Of a DNA stretch of 64,000 nucleotides, positions 48,766-58,935 are shown in pieces; within the stretch, counting starts at the first letter, position 1, and every line of letters begins with the position of its first letter. The stretch spans positions 1-64,000 of the forward strand of contig NZ_MWQY01000017.1 in NCBI RefSeq assembly GCF_002087085.1. The letters run 5' to 3'. Made by a program: the position numbers and the translations under genes. The notes under the pieces were generated by a model. The model saw nothing but the letters and a program-made list of their open reading frames with translations. It searched no databases and was not told where the DNA came from.

Positions 48766-49495
48766 AATCCGTCTGGATCTGAGTTACGACGGAACCATGT
48801 TCTGCGGATGGCAGCTTCAGAAAAACGACCCCTCCGTTCAGGGGAGTCTGGAATCCGCCCTGCAGAAGCTGACCGGCGGGGAACTCAGGGTTATCGGATC
48901 AGGAAGAACCGATTCAGGGGTCCACGCCCTTAACCAGACCGCCCATTTCGACTGCGAAGCGTCGATTCCTCCTGAAAAGTATGCCCCTGCTCTGAACAGT
49001 CTTCTGCCCCGGGGAGTGAGGATCTACAGAAGCTCTGAAGTCCCTGATGATTTTCATGCCCGATTCAGCGCGCGGCGAAGAACATATCGATACCTGATTA
49101 AAACCGGACAGGAACGGAGCCCCTTCTGTGACGGCCGGATGTATCATATCCGTCATTCTCCGGATATTGTCAGGCTCAATGATCTGGCGGCGCCTCTTGT
49201 GGGGACCCACGATTTTACCACCTTCACCGCCGCCGGCGATGCCTCGGAATCCAGGGTTCGTAAAATCGAGGCAGCGAGTTTTTTCCCCCGGCGGGGACTT
49301 ATCATGTTTCAGATAAGCGGTAACGCTTTTCTCTGGCGTATGGTACGATCAATTGTCGGAACCATACTGGATTTTGAACTGAAGAAAGAAGAGCAAGAGA
49401 GTATCCGGGATATATTGCTTTCCAGGGACCGCAGTCTCGCCGGACCTACGGCCCCGGCCCCGGCCCTGTATCTCTACAAGGTATATTATGAATAG
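48758..49495 (+). CDS. truA: tRNA pseudouridine(38-40) synthase
   Basis: YDGT.F.GWQ, GSGRTDSGVHA, FHARF, G.HDF, FLWRMVR. Confidence 0.97.
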   Translation: MPRIRLDLSYDGTMFCGWQLQKNDPSVQGSLESALQKLTGGELRVIGSGRTDSGVHALNQTAHFDCEASIPPEKYAPALNSLLPRGVRIYRSSEVPDDFHARFSARRRTYRYLIKTGQERSPFCDGRMYHIRHSPDIVRLNDLAAPLVGTHDFTTFTAAGDASESRVRKIEAASFFPRRGLIMFQISGNAFLWRMVRSIVGTILDFELKKEEQESIRDILLSRDRSLAGPTAPAPALYLYKVYYE

Positions 49496-50195
49496 CATTC
49501 TGTCTAAATATCGCGACATTCTCGACAATTTTGAAGATCTCGAGGCCGGCGGCTATCGCAGGGAACACGGCACAGAAACCGGTGTCCTGCGTCTGTCGGG
49601 GAGGGCAAAACCGGAAGAAGCTCCGGTACAGGACCTCTCCTCCTGCAGCCTGGAGGAACTTGCCGGACTGATCCGCCGATGCAGCGCCTGTCCTCTTGGT
49701 TCCCTGCGAAAAAACGCGGTTCCCGGCGAGGGGAGCAGCAAGCCGGAGGTAATGCTTATCGGAGAGGCCCCGGGAGGACAGGAAGATGAAAGCGGAAAAA
49801 CCTTTGTGGGAGCCGCCGGGAAATATCTGGACAAGTGGCTTGATGCGGTTCACCTGTCCAGGGACAGGAACGTTTTCATCGCCAATGTGATAAAATGCCG
49901 CCCTCCCGGCAACCGTGACCCTGAAGAGTCGGAGATGAAAAGCTGTTTTCCCTATCTGTTGGCCCAGATCGAACTGCTCAAACCCAGGGCAATTCTGTGC
50001 CTGGGGCGTTTCGCAGGAAGAAAGATCACCGGAATGGAAACGAGCCTCAGGAACATGCGGGAAAAGGTCCATTCCTTCAAGGACATCCCCGTGATAGTCA
50101 CCTACCATCCCAGTGCCGTACTCAGGAATCCCGAACTCCGCCGACCGGTATGGGATGATCTGAGGCGGCTCTCAGGACTTATCGGTCAGGGATGA
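49488..50195 (+). CDS. Uracil-DNA glycosylase family 4
   Basis: CSACPL, GEAPG..ED..G..FVG, KCRPPGNRDP, YHPS. Confidence 0.93.
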   Translation: MNSILSKYRDILDNFEDLEAGGYRREHGTETGVLRLSGRAKPEEAPVQDLSSCSLEELAGLIRRCSACPLGSLRKNAVPGEGSSKPEVMLIGEAPGGQEDESGKTFVGAAGKYLDKWLDAVHLSRDRNVFIANVIKCRPPGNRDPEESEMKSCFPYLLAQIELLKPRAILCLGRFAGRKITGMETSLRNMREKVHSFKDIPVIVTYHPSAVLRNPELRRPVWDDLRRLSGLIGQG

Positions 50196-50214
50196 CCGGA
50201 GAACGGATTCCACA

Positions 50215-52161
50215 GTGTTTGCCGAAGTCGCTTTAAACCTGCCTCTGAACAAAACCTTTACCTACAGGCTCCCGGATGATATGAACGCAGGTCCCGGATA
50301 CCGGGTGGAGGTCGACTTTCGGAGGCGTAAGGTCGTCGCCTTCGTGCTTTCCGTTTCTCCGGATCCTCCTTCCGGAGATTTTACCCTCAAGGATATCCTC
50401 CGGGTCCTGGATAATGAGCCTGTTTTCGGCGAATCCGAAGCAGACCTGGCCCGCTGGACGGCACGCCGCTATTTTTCTTCCGTCGGGGAGGTCCTGAGCA
50501 GCATGCTGCCGGGGGGAAAAAAGGAGAGCAGCATGCCTTCCATCCTGCCGGAGGATGATGTACCCCTCTCCGAATTTACCCTCTCCGATGAACAGCAGGA
50601 CGCTGTCCGGGCAATCCTCGATCCGGATACCCGGCCGATCTATCTCTATGGAATAACGGGATCCGGTAAAACGGCGGTATTCTTTTCCGCCGCCACAGAG
50701 GTGCTGAAACGGGGAGACGGCGTTATCTATCTCGTGCCGGAGATCTCACTCACCCACCAGATTGTACGGGAGGCGGTTTCCCGCTTCGGGAATATCGTTT
50801 CGGTCTGGCACTCCAGGATCACCCCGTCCCAGCGCCTCACGGAATGGAGAAGAATCAGAAGCGGTGAAGCAAGGCTTGTAATAGGTGCCAGGAGCGCTGT
50901 ATTTGCTCCGGTCGCCAGGCTGGGACTTATCATTCTGGACGAAGAACATGAGGGCTCCTATAAATCCGGATCGAGCCCCCGCTATCATGCCCGGCAGATC
51001 GCCATGTACCGTACAAAAAAGGACGCTGCAAGCCTCGTTATGGGAAGCGCCACTCCCAGTGTGGAGGCCTCCTATCTTATGGAGCAGGGACAGTTGAGAA
51101 CCCTCCATCTGACCCGGCGTCTCGCAGGCGGGGCACCCCCGCAGATGAAAATTCTGGATATGAGGGGAGAGAAGGGTGTAATCAGTGCTGAACTGGCCGC
51201 GGGTCTTAAACGAACCCTGGCCGACAAGCGTCAGGCGATTCTCTTTTTGAACCGCCGCGGTTTCTCCTATTTTTTCCACTGCAGGAGCTGCGGGTACGAA
51301 ATGCGCTGTGAACACTGCTCGGTGTCACTGACTTTTCATAAATCCCGGGGAATCATGCTCTGTCATTACTGCGGCTACCAGAGCCGCCCCGTACAGGTCT
51401 GTCCGGAATGCGGTTCCCTGGATGTCGGCTATTCCGGCTACGGAACGGAGGGAATAGAAGAGGAAATCGCCGCCCTTTTCCCCGACGCACGGATAGCCCG
51501 TGTGGATACCGATTCGGTGAGCAGAAAGGGAAGTCTCAGGAAAATCCTGGGCGATTTCCGGCAGGGAAAACTGGATATTCTCCTGGGGACCCAGATGGTC
51601 GCCAAGGGGCTGAATTTTCCGGGCGTCCGTCTGGTGGGAATCGTAATGGCGGATACGACCCTGATGCTGCCTGATTTTCGCGCCGCCGAAAGAACCTTCG
51701 CTCTTCTGACCCAGGTTGCAGGAAGGGCCGGACGTTTCCATCCCGATGGCGAGGTTCTTATCCAGACCTTCCATGGCCAGGCACCGGCCATACGGCTGGC
51801 GGCTGAGAGCCGGCAGGAGGATTTCTATGAAGAGGAGCTGTCGGTTAGAAGGAGTCTCGGTTTTCCGCCCTTCGCCCGGCTTATACGAATCCTTTTCCGC
51901 GGCAAGAGAAGGGACAAGGTACTGGCTGCCTCCCGCCAGTTCTGCACCGCTCTGGAGCGGGATCTGCCCCGGGGGATCGATCTGCTTGGTCCCAGCGAAG
52001 CTCCCCTGGCGGTAATATCCGGCAATTACCGGATTCATGCCATCCTGAGGGGAGAAGAATTTCCCGTTCTTTACGATTTCTGCAGTTTCTTTCTCGAGCG
52101 GATCGATCCCCCTTCCGGGGTATACCGTGAGGTTGATGTGGATCCCGTCAGCCTGCTCTAG
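50215..52161 (+). CDS. priA: Primosomal protein N'
   Basis: GITGSGKT, LVPEISLT, DEEHE, NRRG, Cys-rich Zn region, GTQMVAKGLNF, QVAGRAGR. Confidence 0.97.
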   Translation: MFAEVALNLPLNKTFTYRLPDDMNAGPGYRVEVDFRRRKVVAFVLSVSPDPPSGDFTLKDILRVLDNEPVFGESEADLARWTARRYFSSVGEVLSSMLPGGKKESSMPSILPEDDVPLSEFTLSDEQQDAVRAILDPDTRPIYLYGITGSGKTAVFFSAATEVLKRGDGVIYLVPEISLTHQIVREAVSRFGNIVSVWHSRITPSQRLTEWRRIRSGEARLVIGARSAVFAPVARLGLIILDEEHEGSYKSGSSPRYHARQIAMYRTKKDAASLVMGSATPSVEASYLMEQGQLRTLHLTRRLAGGAPPQMKILDMRGEKGVISAELAAGLKRTLADKRQAILFLNRRGFSYFFHCRSCGYEMRCEHCSVSLTFHKSRGIMLCHYCGYQSRPVQVCPECGSLDVGYSGYGTEGIEEEIAALFPDARIARVDTDSVSRKGSLRKILGDFRQGKLDILLGTQMVAKGLNFPGVRLVGIVMADTTLMLPDFRAAERTFALLTQVAGRAGRFHPDGEVLIQTFHGQAPAIRLAAESRQEDFYEEELSVRRSLGFPPFARLIRILFRGKRRDKVLAASRQFCTALERDLPRGIDLLGPSEAPLAVISGNYRIHAILRGEEFPVLYDFCSFFLERIDPPSGVYREVDVDPVSLL

Positions 52162-52170
52162 GGCGAAGAA

Positions 52171-52199
52171 TTGACCCTGTTCCTCCTTTTCGGTACTAT
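52171..52199 (+). promoter_or_regulatory. sigma70 promoter, probably leaderless def transcript
   Basis: TTGACC-N17-TACTAT, 6 nt before ATG 52206, no SD. Confidence 0.6.
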
Positions 52200-52205
52200 T
52201 TCCTT

Positions 52206-52700
52206 ATGATGAATATTGTTACCCTCGGCGATGAAGTCCTGCGTGAAAAAAGTACCAGGGTCGAAGAATTCGACGATAATCTCCATCGCCTGATCGATGA
52301 TATGGCAAATCTCATGCGCGGGCAGGGAATAGGTCTGGCCGCCCCCCAGGTGGGTGTGTCCAAACGTCTTTTTATCTGTCAGCCCGAAGGACACAAGCTG
52401 TGGGTTTTTATCAACCCGGAGATTACCCTTACCTCGGAAGAACAGGGGGATTACGAGGAGGGCTGCCTGAGCATCCCCGGTATCTGGTCCGACGTTGTAC
52501 GTCCTGTTCAGGTACAGATCCAGGCCTTCAACGAGAAGGGACGTCCCTTCCGTGTTGACGCCGATGGAATTCTCGCCCGGGTTATTCAGCACGAACTTGA
52601 CCACCTGAACGGCGTTCTGTTTATTGATCACCTTTCCGAGGCGAAACGGGACAAAGCGATCAGGGAGTACGCAAAAAAAAGCACCAAGAAGGCGGTATGA
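52206..52700 (+). CDS. def: Peptide deformylase
   Basis: GIGLAAPQVG, EGCLS, QHELDHL. Confidence 0.97.
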   Translation: MMNIVTLGDEVLREKSTRVEEFDDNLHRLIDDMANLMRGQGIGLAAPQVGVSKRLFICQPEGHKLWVFINPEITLTSEEQGDYEEGCLSIPGIWSDVVRPVQVQIQAFNEKGRPFRVDADGILARVIQHELDHLNGVLFIDHLSEAKRDKAIREYAKKSTKKAV

Positions 52701-53647
52701 GGATCCTTTTCGCCGGGACCCCCGAGATAGCCCTCCCTTCACTTGAAACCTTGAGCCGGGAGGGCCTTGTGGCCGCGGTCCTGACGAGTCCCGACGCCTC
52801 CAGGGGTCGTGGAAGAAGCCTCAGCCCCTCTCCGGTAAAAGCCCTGGCTCTGGATCTGAACTTACCGGTTTTTACCCCTGGCCGACTGGGGCGGGAAGCC
52901 CGGGAGGAAATCGCCGAAATCGGTGCTGATTTGTTGGCGGTGGTTGCCTACGGAAAGATTTTTGGTCCCCGTTTTCTTGAACTCTTCCCCTCCGGCGCAA
53001 TCAACCTGCATCCTTCGCTTCTTCCCCGGCATCGAGGGCCTGCTCCCCTGCCATTTACAATTCTGGAGGGCGACGGAGAATGGGGCTTGAGCGTACAGAG
53101 AATCGCCCTCGAGATGGATGCGGGGGATATCCTGCTTCAGAAGAGCTTCCCCCTTAAGGGGACCGAAACCACCGGGGTTCTCGGCGCCCTGGCGGCTGAG
53201 GAAGGTTCCGCCGCCATGCTCGAAGTGGTTCGGGAAATTGAAGCCGGCATTGAGAAGCCGGTTCCTCAGCGCCATCAGGATGCCACCTATTCCCGGCTCC
53301 TTACCAAAGAAGACGGCATGATAGACTGGAACCAATCCGCGGAAAAGATCGGTCGCATGGTCCGGGCCTTTAATCCCTGGCCGGGTGCATACACAGGTTT
53401 TCAGGACCAGAAGCTGACGATCTGGGAAGCCGCGGTCCTTCGGGAAAACAGCAGCCTCGGGGCGGGAAATGTGGCGGCAGTAGACAGGAAGAGGGGAATT
53501 TTGATACAAACTGGAGAAGGTCTCCTCGCTGTCCAGTCTCTGCAGCTGCAAGGGAAAAAGCGCCTTCCCTGGCAATCCTTCGTCAATGGCGTACGGGGGA
53601 TCGAAGGATCGATTCTTGGAGGAACCAATGAAAAACTTCATGGCTAA
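52697..53647 (+). CDS. fmt: Methionyl-tRNA formyltransferase
   Basis: FAGTP, VAYG, NLHPSLLP.HRGPAP, MDAGDI, PWPGA. Confidence 0.96.
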   Translation: MRILFAGTPEIALPSLETLSREGLVAAVLTSPDASRGRGRSLSPSPVKALALDLNLPVFTPGRLGREAREEIAEIGADLLAVVAYGKIFGPRFLELFPSGAINLHPSLLPRHRGPAPLPFTILEGDGEWGLSVQRIALEMDAGDILLQKSFPLKGTETTGVLGALAAEEGSAAMLEVVREIEAGIEKPVPQRHQDATYSRLLTKEDGMIDWNQSAEKIGRMVRAFNPWPGAYTGFQDQKLTIWEAAVLRENSSLGAGNVAAVDRKRGILIQTGEGLLAVQSLQLQGKKRLPWQSFVNGVRGIEGSILGGTNEKLHG

Positions 53648-54659
53648 ATTACGATCTCTGCTTCCCAGAGAGAGCGATTCTCCCGAACATCGTTATTTCA
53701 AGACCGTAATATTTCTTGCCCTGGGAACAATAGTTCTTATGCTGCTTGCAGGCTTTGTGACCTTTATGGTGACGATCCGTGGGCCGGAACAGACCATGGT
53801 CCCCAATGTGGTGGGCAATGATCTGGAAAATGCCCTTGTATCCCTGCAGGAGAAGGAGTTGTATCCGCATATTCAGCTGCGTTACTCTTCAACACCGGCG
53901 GACAAGGGTACTGTTCTTGAGCAGGATCCGAATCCCGGGGCCATAGTCAAGGCAAAATCAAAGATTGTACTCCGGGTGAGTAAAGGTTCGATTATTGAGC
54001 GGATAGACAACTATGTCGGCTGGAATATCGAGGATCTGGAGATACATCTCAAGAGTCTTGTTTCTGTTCACGGGCCCATGCTTTCGATAAAGGAGCCTGT
54101 ACAACGTATCTTCAATGAGCTGTCCGAGGGAACCATTATTTCCCAGTCCCCGGAGCCGGGTACGGAAATTACCAGCCAGACCGCCCTTGAACTGGTTGTA
54201 AGCCGCGGACCACAGACCGGAACCATACTGGTTCGGGATTATACAGATATGCCCTACATTGAGGCGGTCGAGTCCCTTATCCGCCAGAATATCTACTTTA
54301 CCGTTTCTGCACGGGATGCCGACGAAAACGAAAAAGCCGGTATCGTAGTTTCCCAGAACCCTGCCCCGGACAGCGATGTTCCCCGGGAGTCTCTCCACCA
54401 GCTGGTTATAACCAGACCGGAAGATATTCCCGAGGGCCATGTTTTCGGTATCCTGGAAAAGAGTCTTCCCAATTATTCCATACCCGCCAACATAACGATT
54501 GACGCGGTATCCCCCGAGGGTGTAAGGGAGACCAGGCTGGAACTCAGGCACAAGGGAGGGCTCCTCTCCGTTCCATATCTGGAACCGGAAAATACGGTGC
54601 TGCTCATACTGATCGAGGGTACGGAACGGATCAGGTTCACGGTCAAGAAGGAGGAATAG
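53628..54659 (+). CDS. Membrane-anchored PASTA-domain protein (no kinase domain)
   Basis: Short N-terminus, TM, VPNVVG...QDPNPG and IISQSPEPG...VSRG PASTA repeats. Confidence 0.85.
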   Translation: MKNFMAKLRSLLPRESDSPEHRYFKTVIFLALGTIVLMLLAGFVTFMVTIRGPEQTMVPNVVGNDLENALVSLQEKELYPHIQLRYSSTPADKGTVLEQDPNPGAIVKAKSKIVLRVSKGSIIERIDNYVGWNIEDLEIHLKSLVSVHGPMLSIKEPVQRIFNELSEGTIISQSPEPGTEITSQTALELVVSRGPQTGTILVRDYTDMPYIEAVESLIRQNIYFTVSARDADENEKAGIVVSQNPAPDSDVPRESLHQLVITRPEDIPEGHVFGILEKSLPNYSIPANITIDAVSPEGVRETRLELRHKGGLLSVPYLEPENTVLLILIEGTERIRFTVKKEE

Positions 54660-54662
54660 GGA

Positions 54663-55316
54663 ATGGCACCACTGGTTGCACCTTCCATTCTCTCCGCCAA
54701 TTTTACCGATATAGCCGGCGCTGTACGTCTTATCGAGTCAGCTGGCGCTGACTGGATACATCTGGATGTAATGGACGGATCCTTTGTTCCTCCCATTACC
54801 TTTGGAAGTCAGATGGTTGCCGATATCCGGGCGATCAGCAAGCTGCCCATGGATGTTCATTTGATGATAGATAATCCGGAACGGCACATCGAGAGTTTCT
54901 GTGCCGCCGGTGCTGATTATCTGACAGTACATGCCGAGGCCAGCGTACATCTTCATCGTATCCTCCAGACAATCAGGGATCACGGGGTTAAACCCGGAGT
55001 GTCCATTGTTCCGTCTACACCGGTGGATCATATCGTTGAAATTCTGAACGAGGTGGATCTTGTCCTGGTAATGTCGGTGAACCCGGGATACGGCGGGCAG
55101 AAAATCATACCTTCCACCCTGGCAAAGGTGGAGCGTCTGGTCGGGATCCGGGAAGAAAAATCCCTGTCCTACCGGATTTCAATTGACGGTGGAGTGAACC
55201 GGACTACAATAGATGAAGTCCGGAAAAGCGGTGTCGATGTTATCGTGGCCGGAAGCGCCTTCTTCAACGCTGAAGATTCCGCCGCAGAGGTCGCCATACT
55301 GCGGGGGCGTCGCTGA
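54663..55316 (+). CDS. rpe: Ribulose-phosphate 3-epimerase
   Basis: APSILSA, HLDVMDG, DVHLM, MSVNPG.GGQ, DGG, VAGSA. Confidence 0.97.
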   Translation: MAPLVAPSILSANFTDIAGAVRLIESAGADWIHLDVMDGSFVPPITFGSQMVADIRAISKLPMDVHLMIDNPERHIESFCAAGADYLTVHAEASVHLHRILQTIRDHGVKPGVSIVPSTPVDHIVEILNEVDLVLVMSVNPGYGGQKIIPSTLAKVERLVGIREEKSLSYRISIDGGVNRTTIDEVRKSGVDVIVAGSAFFNAEDSAAEVAILRGRR

Positions 55317-55380
55317 GGGCTCTCTTAAAGGTAATGCCGGCTCGTTTATTTGTCGAAAAGTATAGCGGGGGTACATAGGT

Positions 55381-56340
55381 GTGACAGAAGCCCGAAGAAA
55401 TACTCTTTTTCTATTATTTGCAGCTCTCGTTGTTCTGTCTGCTCCGGATCTGGCTGCAGCGAATTTGCCTGGCGAAGTAGAACAGGGAATCACTGCCTAT
55501 CAGGATGGACTGTACACCGAGGCATTACGCAGTTTCCGCAGCGTACTAACTGATTCCCGACTCGAAGATTATCAGGATGATGCCTATTTCTGGATAGGAA
55601 AAACCTATCTTGCGCAAGGGGACTACGATGAAGCGACCCGTCATCTGGAGTATTTCCTCTCCAGCTTTCCGGAAAGCCCCCTGAGACCGGAAGGACTGTA
55701 CCAGAAGGGTCGACTGCTGTATCTTCAGCGGGACTTTGAATCGGCAATACAGATCCTGTACAGTTTTATTCAGGATTACCCCCGGGATGTCTATATTGCC
55801 AATGCCTATTTCTGGATAGGTGAGTCATTGTACAGTACAGGACATCTGGATGAAGCCGAAGAGGTTTTCCGTTTCATTGATGAAAAATACCCCTCAAGTT
55901 ACAAAATAGAAGCTGCCCGCTTTCGGCTCCAGCTTATTCAGTTCAAACATCGTGAAAACGAACTGGTAAAACTCCTGAAAATCAGTCACGAGGAGTATCT
56001 CAGGGCTGTCGAGGAGTTTATCCAACGGGAAAAAGCCTACGAGCAGGCGCTGTCTGAATACCAGAAACGCCTGGCGGTTGTTCTGTCCGAGGATTTTCAG
56101 GAGGAACTCGACCGTCTTACTGCCAGGGTTAAAGAGCAGCAAATAACGATCAGCGAACTTGAAGAACAGAACAGACTTTTACGGAACCAGGCAGGCGATA
56201 CGGCTCCCGTCGGCGAAACATCTGCTTCCCGTATATCCCCCACGGATACCGATGTTATCCGTGAACTTCTTGATATGAAGGCGGAAGCCCTGGAACTGAA
56301 GGAGTATTATCTCGGTCTCATTGAACGGAGTGGTCAGTAA
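55381..56340 (+). CDS. Secreted TPR + coiled-coil protein
   Basis: Signal peptide; AYFWIG TPR repeats; C-terminal coiled coil. Confidence 0.8.
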   Translation: MTEARRNTLFLLFAALVVLSAPDLAAANLPGEVEQGITAYQDGLYTEALRSFRSVLTDSRLEDYQDDAYFWIGKTYLAQGDYDEATRHLEYFLSSFPESPLRPEGLYQKGRLLYLQRDFESAIQILYSFIQDYPRDVYIANAYFWIGESLYSTGHLDEAEEVFRFIDEKYPSSYKIEAARFRLQLIQFKHRENELVKLLKISHEEYLRAVEEFIQREKAYEQALSEYQKRLAVVLSEDFQEELDRLTARVKEQQITISELEEQNRLLRNQAGDTAPVGETSASRISPTDTDVIRELLDMKAEALELKEYYLGLIERSGQ

Positions 56341-57374
56341 TGGGAATTAAAAGAACTGGACCGGCTGTTTTCTTCCTCATTATGCTTATACCGGTTCTGG
56401 CCTATGCACTGAATGTTGAATCAGGCCGCGTGCGCCTGGAAATCAACGAGAAAACCGGAACTTTCAGCCTTTTTTCTCTATCGGAAAAAGAAGGTCAGCC
56501 CCTGTCTCTCTTGTATTCCGATGATCCGAGAACCAGCTATTTCAGTATTGCAGTGAACAACCGGATTTACAACCTGCCGGCAAGTTCTGATTTTCGCAGG
56601 GAGATTATCAATGAAAAGGGACAGCCCCGGATTGTATGGACCTCCGGTCAGCTTGAAGTTCGTCAGGAGTTCCGGATTATTCGCTCATTTTCATCGGAAG
56701 TGAACAACGGACTTGCCATGAGCTTGAGAATTCGGAATATATCCTCACAGAAACTTTCAGTGGGGCTTCGATACCTCCTGGATACCTATCTTGGTGAGAA
56801 CAGGGGGTCGCATTTTGTGAGTTCCGAGAACAGATCGATTAATGGCGAGACCGTGCTTAAGGCACCGTATCCCCGGTACATTCTGTCTCCCCGTGAACAT
56901 TCGGCAGACAGCGGACTCATGCTTATGCTCAATGTTCCGGGAGTAACAGTCCCTGATTCGGTGATCTTCGCCAACTGGAAACGTCTGAACGAAAGCTCCT
57001 GGTCGTACGATGTGAGCACATCCCGGAGCTTTTCCAATCCCCCATATTCAATAAACGACTCCGCAATTGCCCTGTACTTTGATCCCCAGCCTCTTCTGCC
57101 TGGAGACGAGAGGCTTATAGACCTCGCCTTCGGTTCCTACGCACAGGGCGGGTATCTGCCGGCTTCTCAGAACGTGAATGACAAGATAGCGGATATCCTG
57201 TCACAAGAGAAGGAAACCGGAGATCCTGAACAGGAGGTTGCCCTCGTCCGGGAGCTTATAGCAGAGATTGATCTTCTTATGGAGACTGACCAGAAGGTGC
57301 CGGAAGAAAAAATTCAGATGCTGCGCCAGCTCCTTGAAACCCTGAAGGCTCGAAAGGCTGATTTTGAAGATTAG
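56340..57374 (+). CDS. Secreted hypothetical protein
   Basis: Signal peptide; coupled to flanking genes; LLDTYLGE segment. Confidence 0.7.
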   Translation: MGIKRTGPAVFFLIMLIPVLAYALNVESGRVRLEINEKTGTFSLFSLSEKEGQPLSLLYSDDPRTSYFSIAVNNRIYNLPASSDFRREIINEKGQPRIVWTSGQLEVRQEFRIIRSFSSEVNNGLAMSLRIRNISSQKLSVGLRYLLDTYLGENRGSHFVSSENRSINGETVLKAPYPRYILSPREHSADSGLMLMLNVPGVTVPDSVIFANWKRLNESSWSYDVSTSRSFSNPPYSINDSAIALYFDPQPLLPGDERLIDLAFGSYAQGGYLPASQNVNDKIADILSQEKETGDPEQEVALVRELIAEIDLLMETDQKVPEEKIQMLRQLLETLKARKADFED

Positions 57375-57377
57375 GCT

Positions 57378-58472
57378 TTGCTAATGGACCAGGTTCTTTC
57401 AGCTGCCGAGAAACTCTATTTCCGCGGAAAATACAGCAGAGTGCTGAGAATGCTGGAACCCCAGGTCTTTCAGTACAGGGACAGCTACCGTTTTTATCTC
57501 CTGCTGGGATATTCCTGTCTGTTTACCGGTGATTTCGGAGGAGGATACTCGTATCTGAGACGGGCTGAGCAGCTGAGTCCGGGAGACACCTCGGCCAATC
57601 TCGGTCTTGCCCTTGTTTCCGCCAAAAGAGGTGAAACAGAAGAGGCAATACGTATATGGCTCTCTATTCTTGAGAACAAGGGGGAGCTGAAGGAAGTTCA
57701 GCGGGGGCTTAAGCTCATACGGGAATCGAAAGAGTTCAGCCAGATCGCAATGCGTCTCGAGGAAGAAAAACTGGACCGTTATCTGCGCTACCCGAGAAAA
57801 AAGAAAAACCCATGGAAAAAGGTTCTTATTGTCTCTTCCGTAATTATCCTGGGAAGCTCAGTTTTTCTCTATTTCGATCCCTACGGGTGGTTTTCAAAGA
57901 AAGAAATACTGCGTCCGGAAATAGCCGGCATCGACTTTTTTTCCGCCAGCGGGTCCACGGAAAATGAAAACGCGGAGTTTGTCCTTACTGAGGATGAAGT
58001 CCGGGCAAGTACTGAAGAAATCCTTGATCTTATGAACAGCTTTCGGGACAATATGGCCAGGAGAGAAATAAACAGGCTTCTTCTTTCCAACGCCGCGGAA
58101 GACATAAAGGAAAAAGCCCGGTATCTGATTCAATATATAGCGGAACCCAACTTTGCAACCCTGAAGGACTCTTTTACTTTTGAACAGGTATCGTCTCAAC
58201 CCCCTTTATACGAGGGGTGTTACATTGCCTGGAAGGGGAAAAGCGCAAATATACTAACCAAAAATGATGAGATTACCTTCGATCTTTTAGTCGGATACCA
58301 CGACGAAAGCCTCCTCGAGGGTGTTGTCAAGGTGCGTCTGGACTTCCCTGTTTTCCTGGAAGAGAACAGAAGGGTAGAGGTTCTGGCAAAAATCGTCCTT
58401 CCGGAAAAAGACCAACCCGGCAGCCGCGGGTTTACCCTTGATGGAGTTTCAATTCATAAACTGCTTGAATAA
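57378..58472 (+). CDS. TPR-containing membrane protein
   Basis: N-terminal TPRs, single TM, C-terminal OB-like region. Confidence 0.7.
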   Translation: MLMDQVLSAAEKLYFRGKYSRVLRMLEPQVFQYRDSYRFYLLLGYSCLFTGDFGGGYSYLRRAEQLSPGDTSANLGLALVSAKRGETEEAIRIWLSILENKGELKEVQRGLKLIRESKEFSQIAMRLEEEKLDRYLRYPRKKKNPWKKVLIVSSVIILGSSVFLYFDPYGWFSKKEILRPEIAGIDFFSASGSTENENAEFVLTEDEVRASTEEILDLMNSFRDNMARREINRLLLSNAAEDIKEKARYLIQYIAEPNFATLKDSFTFEQVSSQPPLYEGCYIAWKGKSANILTKNDEITFDLLVGYHDESLLEGVVKVRLDFPVFLEENRRVEVLAKIVLPEKDQPGSRGFTLDGVSIHKLLE

Positions 58473-58481
58473 AAAGGGAAT

Positions 58482-58931
58482 ATGAGAGCTGTAGTTCAAA
58501 GGACTGGATCCGCCAGGGTCGAAGTTGATAACAGAATCGTCGGAGAGATCGGAAAAGGTCTCCTGGTGTATCTTGGTATTGGAAATGAAGACACGGAAAA
58601 AGACCTTCTCTACCTGGTCGAAAAGCTGGTGAACCTGCGGATTTTTCCCGATGAAGGGGGAAAAATGAACAGATCAGTCCTGGATGTCAAGGGCGGCATT
58701 CTTGTTGTGAGCCAGTTTACCCTGTATGCTGATGCCAGAAAAGGAAGACGACCTTCATATAATCAGGCTGCGGAACCGGGGAAAGCGGAAAAACTGTATC
58801 AGAAATTCCTCGACAGCCTGGGGGAAAGAAATATCCGGGTATCAGCCGGCATTTTCCAGGCAGAGATGAACGTGGTCAGTCAAAATGAGGGACCCGTAAC
58901 GATACTCCTGGATTCACAAAAAACTTTCTAA
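58482..58931 (+). CDS. dtd: D-aminoacyl-tRNA deacylase
   Basis: MRAVVQR, SQFTL, KGRRP, NEGPVT. Confidence 0.97.
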   Translation: MRAVVQRTGSARVEVDNRIVGEIGKGLLVYLGIGNEDTEKDLLYLVEKLVNLRIFPDEGGKMNRSVLDVKGGILVVSQFTLYADARKGRRPSYNQAAEPGKAEKLYQKFLDSLGERNIRVSAGIFQAEMNVVSQNEGPVTILLDSQKTF

Positions 58932-58935
58932 GCTT

